A stretch of 63,331 bases of DNA, counting the filler, from Chrysochromulina tobinii (Eukaryota): the NCBI GenBank assembly GCA_001275005.1. It is 4 parts of 4 records of this genome, joined end to end, with 100 filler letters (N's around TTAATTAATTAA, not from the genome) between each part and the next. Parts side by side here need not be neighbours in the genome. Positions count along the whole stretch, not along the records: positions 1 to 21,422 come from JWZX01000620.1; 3 more parts are not named here. One strand, given 5' to 3'. Shown piece after piece: positions 1 through 10,374 of this stretch; positions within the stretch are counted from its first letter, which is position 1; each line of letters starts with the position of its first letter. The notes beneath the pieces are model-generated. The model did no database searches. It was not told the DNA's origin and saw nothing but the letters and a program-made list of their open reading frames with translations. Both the position numbers and the translations under genes were made by a program.

Positions 1-1763
1 ATCGAGCAGCTGCAAGTGCGATGTCTTCATCTTCGCGATGACCTTCTCGATCGTGAGCGAGTGCAAGTTGACAGAGGGGCGCACCGTCCAAATGAGCAGC
101 CCGTACTCGTCGACACGAAACTTGAGGAACTCGAGTCCGGTCAGAGGTGGGAAGAGCACCTCGGCCTCGTGAGGGTACTGCGAGAGCCACTTGAGGTCCG
201 CGCCGCGATCGATGAGGCCCTGCGTGATCTCGAGTATCATGGGCGTCGTCGTATTATCCTTGGTGGCGTAGCGCCGGGCTTCCTCAAACTTGGTGGACGC
301 CGACGAAAAGCCGTACTCGATGCCGCCACGTGCATTATCCATCCCCTTGTTGCGCATTTTCTTGGGCATGGTGCGATGCGCGATGCCGCGGTAGACCATC
401 TGAACTTTCGCGAGCTTACCCAGCTTGAGCACCGCCGAGTTGATCACGTGCAGCGTCGTCGTGTACAGGTTGCCAAACGTGTGGCCCGTGATGCTCACAT
501 CATCGAGATTCATCGTCAACGCCCGATTCTTTTGAACGTCGGTCGACGGGTTTTCCTTCTGAGCTGCCTCCTTCTCGCGCGCCTTCTTCTCATCCTCATC
601 TTGCTGCTCCTTCAGCTTCTTAGAGAGCTCTTCGGACGAATGCCGCTGCTGCTCGTCGCTCTCGCCGCCGCGCAGCATGCCGATCACGCGCAGCACTTCG
701 TTGTACTTGGAGTACATTGGGCCGGTGTACAGGCGTGCTGCGATGAGCTCTTCCTGGATCAGCGGGTCGAGGTCCTTCTCACGCAGCTGCGCGTTGACCT
801 CGTTAACTTTGTCATCGTACTTTTTGAGCAGAATGATTTGGCGCCTCGCGCGCCGAGGCGACTTCTTCTCGTCCGCATCGTCCGCACCGTCCGCCTCGGC
901 AGCGATGTGAGCTGCCATGTCATCTGCCGCGATATCCGGAGTGATCTCAGCGTCATCGATGCCGGCGTCGTGTGCCCCAGGGGCGGTGGGCGGCGGCATG
1001 GATGATTGGGACGCTCGCGACTCGGAGTCTATCTGTGACGCACCGCCTAATTCCGAGCGATCGCTCTCCTTGCCGAGCGGCACGCCGTGGAATTTCGGCT
1101 TGGAGGGCCATTGGGGCACTTTGCCGAGGTAACCGAGCTTTCGAAGGTTGTCCATCGACCCGTTCTTGCTGCGAACAGGGAGGCCACACAGAGGCACGCA
1201 GGGAGATCACTCGGAGATCGGATGAGGGAGGCATGCAGGGAGATCACATCACACGGAGATCTGACGAACCTGAGCTCCTCAAGCTTTTTATCGGTCGGGT
1301 CGACGACGAACCAGTACTCGAGCTCAGACGTGGTGTAGGTGTAGTAGTTCGCCTCCTTCGCCTCCACGCGGAAGATCGCCGTCGCGTCCTTCGAAAGGTT
1401 TGAATTGCAGTGCTCGTTCTCCATCGCCACGCGCAAATTCGGGTTCGGGGGGCCAAGGAACCCATCCAGACCCTCGTAGAAGGTCGAGATCTCGCCAAAC
1501 TTGAGCGAGCCCTCGCCGTCCTCGAAGAAATCCTCCTCTGAGCGCAGTGAAGGCACGTTGCCAGAGTTGCTTGGTCCCTCCGCCGCAGCCTGAGGGGTAG
1601 CTGCAGCGTCTTCTGCAATGCCCGAATCCAGTTTGGCCTTCTTGGGCTTTGGCTCCTTCACCTCCTCTAGAGCCTGTAGCTGTTGCTCGAGATCTTGTAG
1701 CTCGCGACGGAGCTCTTCTATCTTGCGGCGGAGGTCACTGGCCAGTGGATCCTCGCCTTCCAT
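1..1763 (-). CDS. ADP-ribosyltransferase (R-S-E/ARTC-like) domain protein; 2 exons, intron 1169-1269; 3' end beyond window
   Basis: Manual minus-strand translation: exon 1 MEGEDPL...FYEGLDGFLGPPNPNLRVAMENEHC...EYWFVVDP; GT..CAG intron joins in frame (EELS|KNGS); exon 2 has ARLYTGPMYSKYNEVLR, VYRGI, GFSSAS, QYPHEAEVLFPPLT. Confidence 0.8.
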
Positions 1764-2075
1764 CCGAGAGAGAGGAAGAGTCGATCGAACCTCGGTATGC
1801 AAGAGGGCGTGCGTGCGTAGCGTGCGCTTGGAGATCCGTCCGGACAACAAGTCAAGGAACTCCGCGGGGCAAAAAGATGACGTGGTCAATTAGTAAGTCA
1901 GTTTCGTCGCGGTCCTCCGGAACCTTACCAGTGCGTCACTTCACCGTCTCAAAGAACGGCTCCGCACCCAAGCAAGCAAGCAAGCCCGCACCCCTCGGTC
2001 GCCACAAGTACTGACGTGGCACGAGTTTTAAAACGTGTGTAGTGGCCTGGTCGGAGGCTGTGGCGCTCGGGCGCG

Positions 2076-2774
2076 TCATGAATTCGGCGGAGCCACGTCA
2101 GCAGCGGCAGCCCCCGTGAGCACCTCGAGGCCGTAGATGCGGTCGGAGCGCGCGACCACAATGTGCATCGGCGACAGGCCGTTGGCATAAATCTCCCACT
2201 GGATCTTGAGCGCCTTTTCGAAGTCCCTCACCCAACCTTTGGTGTCAAATAAGGGCATGGTCAAGCGATTGCGCGCGAGCTTCTTGCGCAGCAGGCGCAG
2301 CTGCTTCGAGCCCATATTCCCACGCTCGCTCGACAGCTCGTCGTCTGTTGAGGTCGGAGGCGTGATCAGCACCTTCTCGGCCGCCTGCATGATGTCGGAG
2401 ACCGACAGCTGCACCGCATTCGGTGGCAGATGCCCGAGGAGCTGCTGCGTGAGCTCGGAGCTGCGTGCGCTGAGCTCGGCCTGCGGCAGCGCCGACGTGC
2501 TCATCGACGTGACAACGTACCGCAGAAAGTTGGGAAGGTCCTGACGCTCGATGGTTCCACCGATGCCAACAGCACTGAAGCGGCTGAAGGCGGCCTGCGT
2601 TGCCGTGAGCTGCTCGCGGCGCACCTGCTCAGGAGGTATTAGTGTGTTTGCAACACGCACGACCAGCGCGCAGCAAAGGCATGCACACGAAGTACGCGCA
2701 GCAAAGGTGCGGCGCAACAACGGCGGGGCAGCAGTCCGAGAGGCGCCGCGACGCATTGTTAGCCAAGGCCGCAT
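2076..2774 (-). CDS. Hypothetical protein ending in an O-GlcNAc transferase (SEC/OGT)-like C-terminal tail
   Basis: ORF ends LRLLRKKLARNRLTMPLFDTKGWVRDFEKALKIQWEIYANGLSPMH, resembling the last helices of GT41 enzymes; the middle has a degenerate EF-hand-like segment. Confidence 0.55.
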   Translation of the reverse strand: MRPWLTMRRGASRTAAPPLLRRTFAARTSCACLCCALVVRVANTLIPPEQVRREQLTATQAAFSRFSAVGIGGTIERQDLPNFLRYVVTSMSTSALPQAELSARSSELTQQLLGHLPPNAVQLSVSDIMQAAEKVLITPPTSTDDELSSERGNMGSKQLRLLRKKLARNRLTMPLFDTKGWVRDFEKALKIQWEIYANGLSPMHIVVARSDRIYGLEVLTGAAAADVAPPNS

Positions 2775-2831
2775 TCACGTTCACACTTCAGGGCGGTTTC
2801 GCCTGCAGCCATAAACCCAATTATCACACAT

Positions 2832-3542
2832 CTACGCTGGTTCTGAACCACGATCTCCTGGCGATCTCGCGTCGGCCCTATCATCGTCATCGTCCAACAG
2901 CCCGCCCATGAACTCATCTCGCGTCAGCGCATGGTCCCCGTCCTCGTCAAGACCCACCAGAAACTCTCGCAGCTCTTCATCGCTCAGGGGTTCGCCCAAG
3001 TGGGTCAGCATGTGTTCCAAGTCCGCAATCTCGGCGCCCCTCAGCACGCCATCACCGTCCACGTCAAGCATGAGGAATGTGTCGGAGAGCTCCTCGCGCC
3101 GCTCCTCGGGCGGGTGCTCCCTGTAGAAGCTCTCCAAGACGTCCCCTAGCGACCGCGCTGTGAAGCCGCGCTCGCCCGAATTCCGCAGCAGCCGCGTGTA
3201 CTGGTCGACCTCTGCTTCGGAAGGGTTGGCGCCGGCCAGACGCATGTAGGTTGCGAGCTCGGCAAACCCTTTGAGACCGGTGCCCTCCTCATCGCCTAGG
3301 TTTGCAAAGACCTCCTTTGCGCGCGAGCGTGTGCGCAATCGTGCGTTGTGGTCGTCCAGATAGAGGTTTGAGGCTGCATGCTGCTTGACCGTGTGCACTT
3401 TCGGGCTGTCCTCATGGATGTCAAAGGTGAAGGGTTCGGGTGTGGATGATAGTGGCGGAGCTCGGCGCAACGTCCAAGCAATGGAGGCGACGAAGAGGCT
3501 GCCAATGAGGGCGCGCTCGACAATAAGTAAGACGCTTGCCAT
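2832..3542 (-). CDS. Calmodulin/centrin-like EF-hand protein with N-terminal signal anchor
   Basis: Loops DVDGDGVLRGAE and DEDGDHALTRDE, calmodulin-like linker LTHLGEPLSDEELREF, hydrophobic N-terminus. Confidence 0.8.
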   Translation of the reverse strand: MASVLLIVERALIGSLFVASIAWTLRRAPPLSSTPEPFTFDIHEDSPKVHTVKQHAASNLYLDDHNARLRTRSRAKEVFANLGDEEGTGLKGFAELATYMRLAGANPSEAEVDQYTRLLRNSGERGFTARSLGDVLESFYREHPPEERREELSDTFLMLDVDGDGVLRGAEIADLEHMLTHLGEPLSDEELREFLVGLDEDGDHALTRDEFMGGLLDDDDDRADARSPGDRGSEPA

Positions 3543-3773
3543 TTCAAGTAAGTCAAGTCAAGTCACGTCTGCCTACGATTACATTTCGACACGACAACAG
3601 GGACTCTCGTCGTTCGCAGTTCCACATTCACTTTGCCCGACTCGTTAACTTTCGCCGTGCCGTACATGTAACGTCCGCGCTCGACCGAACACTGACCGAA
3701 CTTTCTTCGCTTTTGCGAATCCACGGTGCCGTCCACTTGCGCCGGTGCACTATCCGGATAGGAAGCCGGCCGA

Positions 3774-5189
3774 ATGTCTGAAATCAGATGCTCGGTCAGG
3801 CTTGAGCGGGTCTCTCGGAAGACTCAGGACGACGATGAGTCGGAAGACTACCCTGAACACCTTGAACTTGACGTGTTTCGCGATGGCATGGCATCCTATC
3901 CGACTCCGTGGACGCTCTCGTGGCTCCGCTTCTGCTACACGTGCCAGTCGAGCAAAGCAAAGCTAAACTCCGCCGACCAGGAGCTCGAGCTCATCATCAA
4001 TCTGGTAGGTGCCACGGTGCTGCACTATGCCGTCCTCCAGGGAGAGACGCGCGCGGGTCAAGACGCGGTCAAGACGCTCCTCGACCGCAAAGCCTCCGTG
4101 AACGCCGTCAATTTCGATGGCCGCACGCCGCTGATGCTGGCGGCCATGTGCGGGCATGTCGAAATCGCGGAGCTGCTCCTCAACGCTGGCGCGAATATCG
4201 ACGTGGTCGATGCATGGCATATGATCAACGTGGTCGATGCATGGGGATATGATGCGGCGGAGTGGGCCAAAGTGCGCGAGCGCAAGAGCATCAGTCTCAA
4301 GCTGGAGGAGGCGCGCAAGAGCATCAGTCGCAAGCTGAACAAGGCAGAACGATCAAGGCAGGAGGGTCAAAACATGGTCTCTGAACCAGCAGCAGCAGCA
4401 ACAGCAGCAGCAACAGCAGCAACAGCAGCAACAGCAGCAACAGCAGCAACGGCCGCAACGGCCGCCGGCGCGAAAAACCGCCGCAGCAACCGCCGCAGCA
4501 TCAGCCTCAGCAGGAATCTGAAGCGTTCAGAGAATTTTGCCACACCGTCCCCTGCCCGTCTCCCTGCCCCCGGCGGCACATGGGCAAGGACACCGACGTC
4601 TCCCGACCGTAAGGCCTCGGTCGATGTGCTCACCCGACTGGTTGCAGCGACGCAGCCCGAAGAGGACGCGGAACGCCTGGTGGCGGTGACGCTGGCGGAA
4701 GAGGAGGCGCGGGCCGCGCTCGTCGCCGCCCAGGAGAGTTCACCCTTACGTCAAAGAGATGCTCGCAGTGCGCTCGTCGACGCCCAGCAGCGCAAAGCCA
4801 GGCTGCAACAGAAGGCGTGCCTGCGGCTGCTCTGCCCTCCTCTCGCGTCGGTGTGGGGTCGAGCGCTGCAGCGAGCGCGGCGGCACGGCTGGACGATCAC
4901 GATCTTGCTGTTGGCCGCGCTCGTGCTCGCCCTCCTCGTACGGGTGCACCGGCATCGAGACGAGATCCGCGGGGCGGTGCACCAAGCTGCCGCGGGCACC
5001 TCTGCAGCAGTCCGCGAAGAAGTCGTGCCCCGGCTCGGCGAAGAATGGAGTCGCGTCGTCTGGGCGAATTCGCAGGCGACCCGTTTGCGCCACTACCTCG
5101 ACAGCGCTGTCTACGCGGCGACGCATTCGCCGACGCTTCCGCCGCATCCGCCGCCGCCGCCGCCGCCACCGCATTGCCGTGCGCGGTAA
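3774..5189 (+). CDS. Ankyrin-repeat protein with Ala/Thr-rich linker and one predicted TM helix
   Basis: GATVLHYAV and DGRTPLMLAAMCGHVEIAELLLNAGANID ankyrin consensus; TITILLLAALVLALLV hydrophobic stretch. Confidence 0.75.
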   Translation: MSEIRCSVRLERVSRKTQDDDESEDYPEHLELDVFRDGMASYPTPWTLSWLRFCYTCQSSKAKLNSADQELELIINLVGATVLHYAVLQGETRAGQDAVKTLLDRKASVNAVNFDGRTPLMLAAMCGHVEIAELLLNAGANIDVVDAWHMINVVDAWGYDAAEWAKVRERKSISLKLEEARKSISRKLNKAERSRQEGQNMVSEPAAAATAAATAATAATAATAATAATAAGAKNRRSNRRSISLSRNLKRSENFATPSPARLPAPGGTWARTPTSPDRKASVDVLTRLVAATQPEEDAERLVAVTLAEEEARAALVAAQESSPLRQRDARSALVDAQQRKARLQQKACLRLLCPPLASVWGRALQRARRHGWTITILLLAALVLALLVRVHRHRDEIRGAVHQAAAGTSAAVREEVVPRLGEEWSRVVWANSQATRLRHYLDSAVYAATHSPTLPPHPPPPPPPPHCRAR

Positions 5190-6069
5190 AGACCTGCAAC
5201 CTGGTGGAAGGCAAGGGCAGGCCGGTTTGAGTTGGCGGGACACAGGGCATGAGACGCATGGGCGTGGCTTCAGATTCTATCAGCACATGCTGAAGGTGCG
5301 TCATGAATTGAAGGTGAGGTCCATCGCACCGGTGATTCGACTCCTCTACTGCATCCAGTGTTCCGATCACGCATCCCTGAGCTCAGTTTTGGTCGTCCAC
5401 GAGTGGCCATCCATGAGGATCTGGATGCGGTGCACTCGGGATATCCTATGTTCGCAGCCCGAGCATCTGATCAGCCGCCAAATTCGTGCCAGGACGGTCC
5501 GGGACGAGCCAGCAAGGGCCTGGACAGGCGCCATTCGGATTTTTGGTTATTGTCGCTAACCCCACTTTCTCTCTGACAGTGTGCATGCGCGTACACACGG
5601 CGGTATCCGCGACGTGTTACGTATTTCCCCGCGGCCCTCCCGGGTGTGAGATATGGACTATGGTATTGCGGACGGATTCCGCGCCGCGGCGGCGAGCGGA
5701 GAGATCCGCATGGCCGGCGATTTCAAGTGCGATTTCAAGTGCGATTTCCGAAAAAGTGGATCCGATTTTTCTTTCCTTTCGTCGGAACGATCGTTAGGGA
5801 TTTAGGCCCATCGCCCATCGGGCGTTAAAATGGCCGTGTTTCTGTTTGCTGCTCAAACATAGAAGTCACCCACCGCGCACCGGTGTATAGCGCTTAAAGA
5901 TCCGTGCTCGGCGCTGCGCCGTGGAGGCCGTGCTGCGCGATATTGAACGCGCCCGCGCTCCGACGCGGGATCGCGGATGCACCACATGCTCCTGCGGGTA
6001 ACCTGTGCGCGGCCCTCCATCCCTCAGGTGACAAAGTTTGTTCTCGTCCGCTCAAGCGCTTCTTTTCCA

Positions 6070-7435
6070 TTATTCAGGCCACGCCTGCGTGAGCGCAAGA
6101 GAGGCGGTTGCGTAGCCCTTCGCTGCAGTGATCATTGGCATCAGCCATGCGGCAAGAGAGCCATCGGCGTTACTTTCGCCATCTAGTGCTTCCCCTGCCT
6201 TAGTCACAGCTTGCCATGCCCGCTTCGCCACCTCGCGTCGACCTGCTGCCTCGTGCGTCCATCGCATTTCATTGGCAGCACTCGCCCCCTGGGCTAGAAT
6301 AGCACCCCCTTGTTGGAGGAATTTTCGCAGCGGCTCGATCATCGCAAGCGCCTCCTTGACCTCGGCTTCCTCGTGCAATGCCCGTTTTCGCCACGAGGAG
6401 CGTTCGTCTGCAGCTAAAAGGTAGTCCGCCGTGAGTCGCCTCTCCTGCTCAGCGCAAATTGCCTCCAGCTCAGCAATCCTCGCCCTTGCATTCGCAAGCG
6501 CCCTCGATCCGGTGGCCTTCTCCTCGGCAAGCGCTCGCGCATGCTCGTCCCTGAGCTTGGGCAGTTCTGGGGCTAGTGCGTTGAGCTGGGCACGAAGCGC
6601 TAGAGTCTGGCGCTGCTCCGTGGCCCAGCGCCAAGGTCAGCCGGTCTCTGTCAGCAACACATGCTGTGAGCCGCTCCTTGAGCACCTGGCGCTCATCGAG
6701 CAACCTGCTCAGCTGACTGTCTAAAGCATCTTTCGCACCACGCTCGCCCTCCAGCTCAAGGCCTGCCCGCTGAAGGGTCGCTCGCACCAACGAAAGCTCC
6801 TCCTGCAGCGCCGCCACGTCCATGGAGAGGCGCCGCCGCTCGCCTGAGAGACGACGATCCCGATCCGCAAATCGTAAATCGTTTTCAGATTTATGCGTTT
6901 GAGTCTCTGCGAGCCTCTGCTTCAGCTGCTCGATGACCTCCTCGGACTCCCGACGCGATGCCTCTGCCATCGCCTTCTGCTCTCTAAGCTCGAGTTTCAA
7001 CCGTTTGCACTCGTCGTCCACGCTCACAACATGCTTTATAATGCGACCTCGACTCCCCTCAACCACCTTCAATTCCGCTGCGAGCTTGTCCCGGTCGGCA
7101 CGCAGCCCGAAAGTTACCGCCTCAACCATGTCCTCCTTACGAAGCCGATGCTCCTGAATCTCTTGGAGGAGCGACTCGCGCTCTTGCAGGAGTAAAGTAA
7201 CCTGCGCGTGGAGCGGCCGATGAGCAGGCTTGACGGTACAGATGGGCTCCTGTCCGTCGGAGTAGTCGAGGATGGTGCTCGTCACACTCATCGCGCTCGT
7301 TGTGCCGTACTGCTGCTCTAGACGGTGCCGTGAAGCGAGGCGTTGGCTGCTGAGCGAGTCCGAGATTGCCAGGCTGGCCGAGGCGCTGGCCGCGGAGCTG
7401 TCGCGAACGACATGCTGGGCGCTGGTGTGCATCAT
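6070..7435 (-). CDS. Coiled-coil protein with apparent 1-nt frameshift near 6625
   Basis: Heptad-rich ORF 6470-7435; removing one base from CCC at 6624-6626 continues ATEQRQTLALRAQL... into ORF 6070-6378. Confidence 0.6.
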
Positions 7436-7637
7436 TCGGAGCTCGTGTTCGCTCTATGCACGCACAGCGAGGTTGAAGGAGCGCCCTATTTGAGCCACGG
7501 GATAGCACACCTAGCGTTCGACAAAATGGCAAGAGAGGGCAGGGAATGCTTCTCGACCTGTGGGGAAAATGGTGTGTTCGGGTGGGAGTTGTCGTTGTTG
7601 TGGAGCCTCTGTCGGTCGCCTGCGCTGAGCGCAAAGC

Positions 7638-10019
7638 ATGAGCGGCCTTCCGCGTGAGCTACTCAAGTGGCTGCAGAGCTTGGACCTCACATACTCGGTG
7701 AAGAATGTCAAACGCGATTTCAGCAATGGCTTCCTTGTTGCCGAGATCTTCTCCCGCTACTACGTGGCGGACGTCGAGATGCACTCGTACGACAATGGCA
7801 GCAACCTGACTCGGAAGCTGGATAACTGGGGACAGCTCAAGCGCTTCTTCGCCAAGAAGGGCATCGACATTCCACCGGCTCTCATCAATGACGTCGTGCA
7901 CTGCAAGAGCGTTGAGGCGGCGGCAGAGCTGATTGCGATCGTGTACACTCTGCTCACCGGGCGCGAGGTCAAGGGTCCCAAGTACACGGAACTGGACCCT
8001 TCTGACCCGGCCAACGACCCTGCGTTCATGAAAAGCAACGCCACCTCACTGCTCCAGTCGCGGATCAAAGCGTCGGAGATGAGCACCACGCTCGCCGACC
8101 AGACGACAGCGGCGTCGCGCGCCAAGTCGCTGATCGACGACCACACTGACGCGCAGCGCGCGGCGCGCGAGACCGATCCAGCGCGTTTCGCGATGCCCGC
8201 GGGCGCCTCCGTCTCGCAGATGTCGATGCAGATGATGCGCGGCCCGGCCAAGCCGGTGCCGGAGACGATCGAAGCGGCCCAAGTCCGTTTCCAGGAGGTG
8301 CGCGTGACGCAGGTCGACCGCAACATCGCGCAGCTGCGCGCATCTCGCGATGCGACGCTGCACGGGGGCTCGTCGCACCACTCCGCCGCCGCGACAGGAG
8401 CCGCCGTCTCCATCGCCGACATGGGCGGAGGCACCGGGCCGCCGCCGCCGCCGCAAGGCGTCGAGTTGGGCGCAATGAGCGCTATTCTGAGCGAGCTGAC
8501 GCTGCCCCACTGCCCGGACGTCGTGTCATACACTGGCAGCGCGGCGAACGCGAACAGCTTCGCGACGCTCGCGGCGAACCTGGTGCAGCTGCCCGTGAAC
8601 GTCGTCGTCCGGTTGCTCGAGACGGCTGCTGCCCACTCACTGCACGCCCTCGCCGCGGCCGTCTCAAAGGAGCCTGCAAAGGCGTGGGAGCTCTTTGACA
8701 TGCTCACGCCCGCCATGGCGTCTCTGGACGGCGCGAGCGCGTACGAAGCGATCGTAGCGCTGCTGGTCCAGTTCGGGGAGGAGCTCGTGGCCGTGGATCC
8801 GGAGACGGCCAAGCGCGTGCTCAGCACGTACGCCCTCCCCTTCCTCGCACCGCTCCTTCGGAGCGCCACTGCGGCCAAGGCGCCCCAGCTGCTCGCGCTC
8901 GTGTACGCCTTCGTGCCGGAGACGGCCGAGGACCACATCGACGCGATCCGCGCGCTGCAGAACGCGGTGGACGAGCCCTCGTGCTTCTTCTGGCTGCTGC
9001 CGCACCTGGTGAAGCTCGAGCACGCCTCCGTCTTCACCGACGACCTGTTCAACCTGTACATCTATTACGCCGTGCTCTCGCTCGATAAAAAGTCGAGGCT
9101 GCTCGCCTCGGCGGTCGGCGTGCTCGCGTCGCTCGCCGAGATGCAGCCGAACAAGCAGCCGATCATCTGCGAGCTTCTCCCCAAGCTCGCGACCCTCCAG
9201 GATCCGTGGTGGGAGACGCAGGCCAACATGGCCAAGCTCGCCACGGCGCTACTATGCATCGGCCCCGTGCCGAAGGACCCCGCGGCGGTCGTCGCTCTGC
9301 TCGTGCACGCGCTCGCGTCGCGCGCGCCCTCGGCGCAGGTGGTCGCGCTCGCCTGTGCCGTCAAGGTCCTCGTCGAGTACCCCAAGCTGCTCCCTGCTTT
9401 TGTCGAGTCGCTGCTCGATCTGCCCGCCGACATGCGCGCGGACCTCTTGTCTCCAGATAAGTCTCACGAGGACGTCCACATCGCAACCGCCGGCGGCGCC
9501 ACGATTGACGCGAACACGCTGGTGAGCGTGTGGCCGAAGCTCAACGTGGCCAAGGCGCTCATGGACTCGGCGCGCGCGCACTCGCTCGACACACTCGAAC
9601 CTGCCCACGCGGAGGTGATCGCGGCGTTGCTGCCCTCGGACATCATACCTCACGATCTGAGCGAGGGCAAGGTGGCGTGGGGCGAGTGGCTCAAGGCCAA
9701 CAAGGACTACCTGTACGTTGCGCTCTGTGACGAGGAGCTGTGTGCACCCGTGACGTCGGCCCTCCTCGCGCTCTTCAGTATACTCAAGGAGGAGGTGCTA
9801 CCGACTTTTTCGACGCTGCTCTCGTCGCTGCGCATGCTCTGCGACCAAGTGGGCGACGCCGCCGAGCCCTCGACCTGCCTAGACACGGCCATCTCGTTCT
9901 TGCTCAACCTGCATGCGACGGGCGCACCCTTCAAAGAGGCCGTCACAAACCTCGTCACCAACTTTGACGAGCCGATGAAGCTGACGATGGGCGAGCTCGT
10001 GCATCGAGTGGGCCATTGA
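7638..10019 (+). CDS. SPATA4: SPATA4/SPEF1-like CH-domain protein with helical C-terminal region
   Basis: N-terminus [42 protein letters not shown]...DNWGQL matches the SPATA4-type CH domain; 793-aa single ORF. Confidence 0.8.
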   Translation: MSGLPRELLKWLQSLDLTYSVKNVKRDFSNGFLVAEIFSRYYVADVEMHSYDNGSNLTRKLDNWGQLKRFFAKKGIDIPPALINDVVHCKSVEAAAELIAIVYTLLTGREVKGPKYTELDPSDPANDPAFMKSNATSLLQSRIKASEMSTTLADQTTAASRAKSLIDDHTDAQRAARETDPARFAMPAGASVSQMSMQMMRGPAKPVPETIEAAQVRFQEVRVTQVDRNIAQLRASRDATLHGGSSHHSAAATGAAVSIADMGGGTGPPPPPQGVELGAMSAILSELTLPHCPDVVSYTGSAANANSFATLAANLVQLPVNVVVRLLETAAAHSLHALAAAVSKEPAKAWELFDMLTPAMASLDGASAYEAIVALLVQFGEELVAVDPETAKRVLSTYALPFLAPLLRSATAAKAPQLLALVYAFVPETAEDHIDAIRALQNAVDEPSCFFWLLPHLVKLEHASVFTDDLFNLYIYYAVLSLDKKSRLLASAVGVLASLAEMQPNKQPIICELLPKLATLQDPWWETQANMAKLATALLCIGPVPKDPAAVVALLVHALASRAPSAQVVALACAVKVLVEYPKLLPAFVESLLDLPADMRADLLSPDKSHEDVHIATAGGATIDANTLVSVWPKLNVAKALMDSARAHSLDTLEPAHAEVIAALLPSDIIPHDLSEGKVAWGEWLKANKDYLYVALCDEELCAPVTSALLALFSILKEEVLPTFSTLLSSLRMLCDQVGDAAEPSTCLDTAISFLLNLHATGAPFKEAVTNLVTNFDEPMKLTMGELVHRVGH

Positions 10020-10374
10020 GCGCGGGCCATGGAGCCGGCGCGGGTGAGGGGCAGCGCGCGGAGCGGTTGCTTGGCCGGCGCGAGAGGCGGCGGTGCCGGG
10101 CGCACGGGAGGGGCACGATGACAGATCATCGATGTGGGGGTTGGCCCATGGGTTCCGCGCATAGAGTTCCAGTGCCCGGGCGCCGAGAGAAGATCGACAA
10201 TGCGCTACGACGTGTTGTGCGAAGTTTCGTCGTATGCGCAATTGGGTAAACAAACACATATGGGGCTCTAACATACGAACAAACATGACCGAAAAAGGTC
10301 ATCTTCGCCTTGCTCGCTGCAGCACTCGCACTGCGGCAACTCTCTGCGCTGTCGGATAAAAACTCCAGCCTTTC

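Noticed and set aside
16..1005. 329-aa + strand ORF
   Set aside because: Antisense shadow of the ART exon; no motifs.
7760..9061. Long overlapping ORFs (also 11775-12965, 16039-17385, 52394-53440, 54719-55906 and others)
   Set aside because: Antisense or off-frame shadows expected with high GC3.
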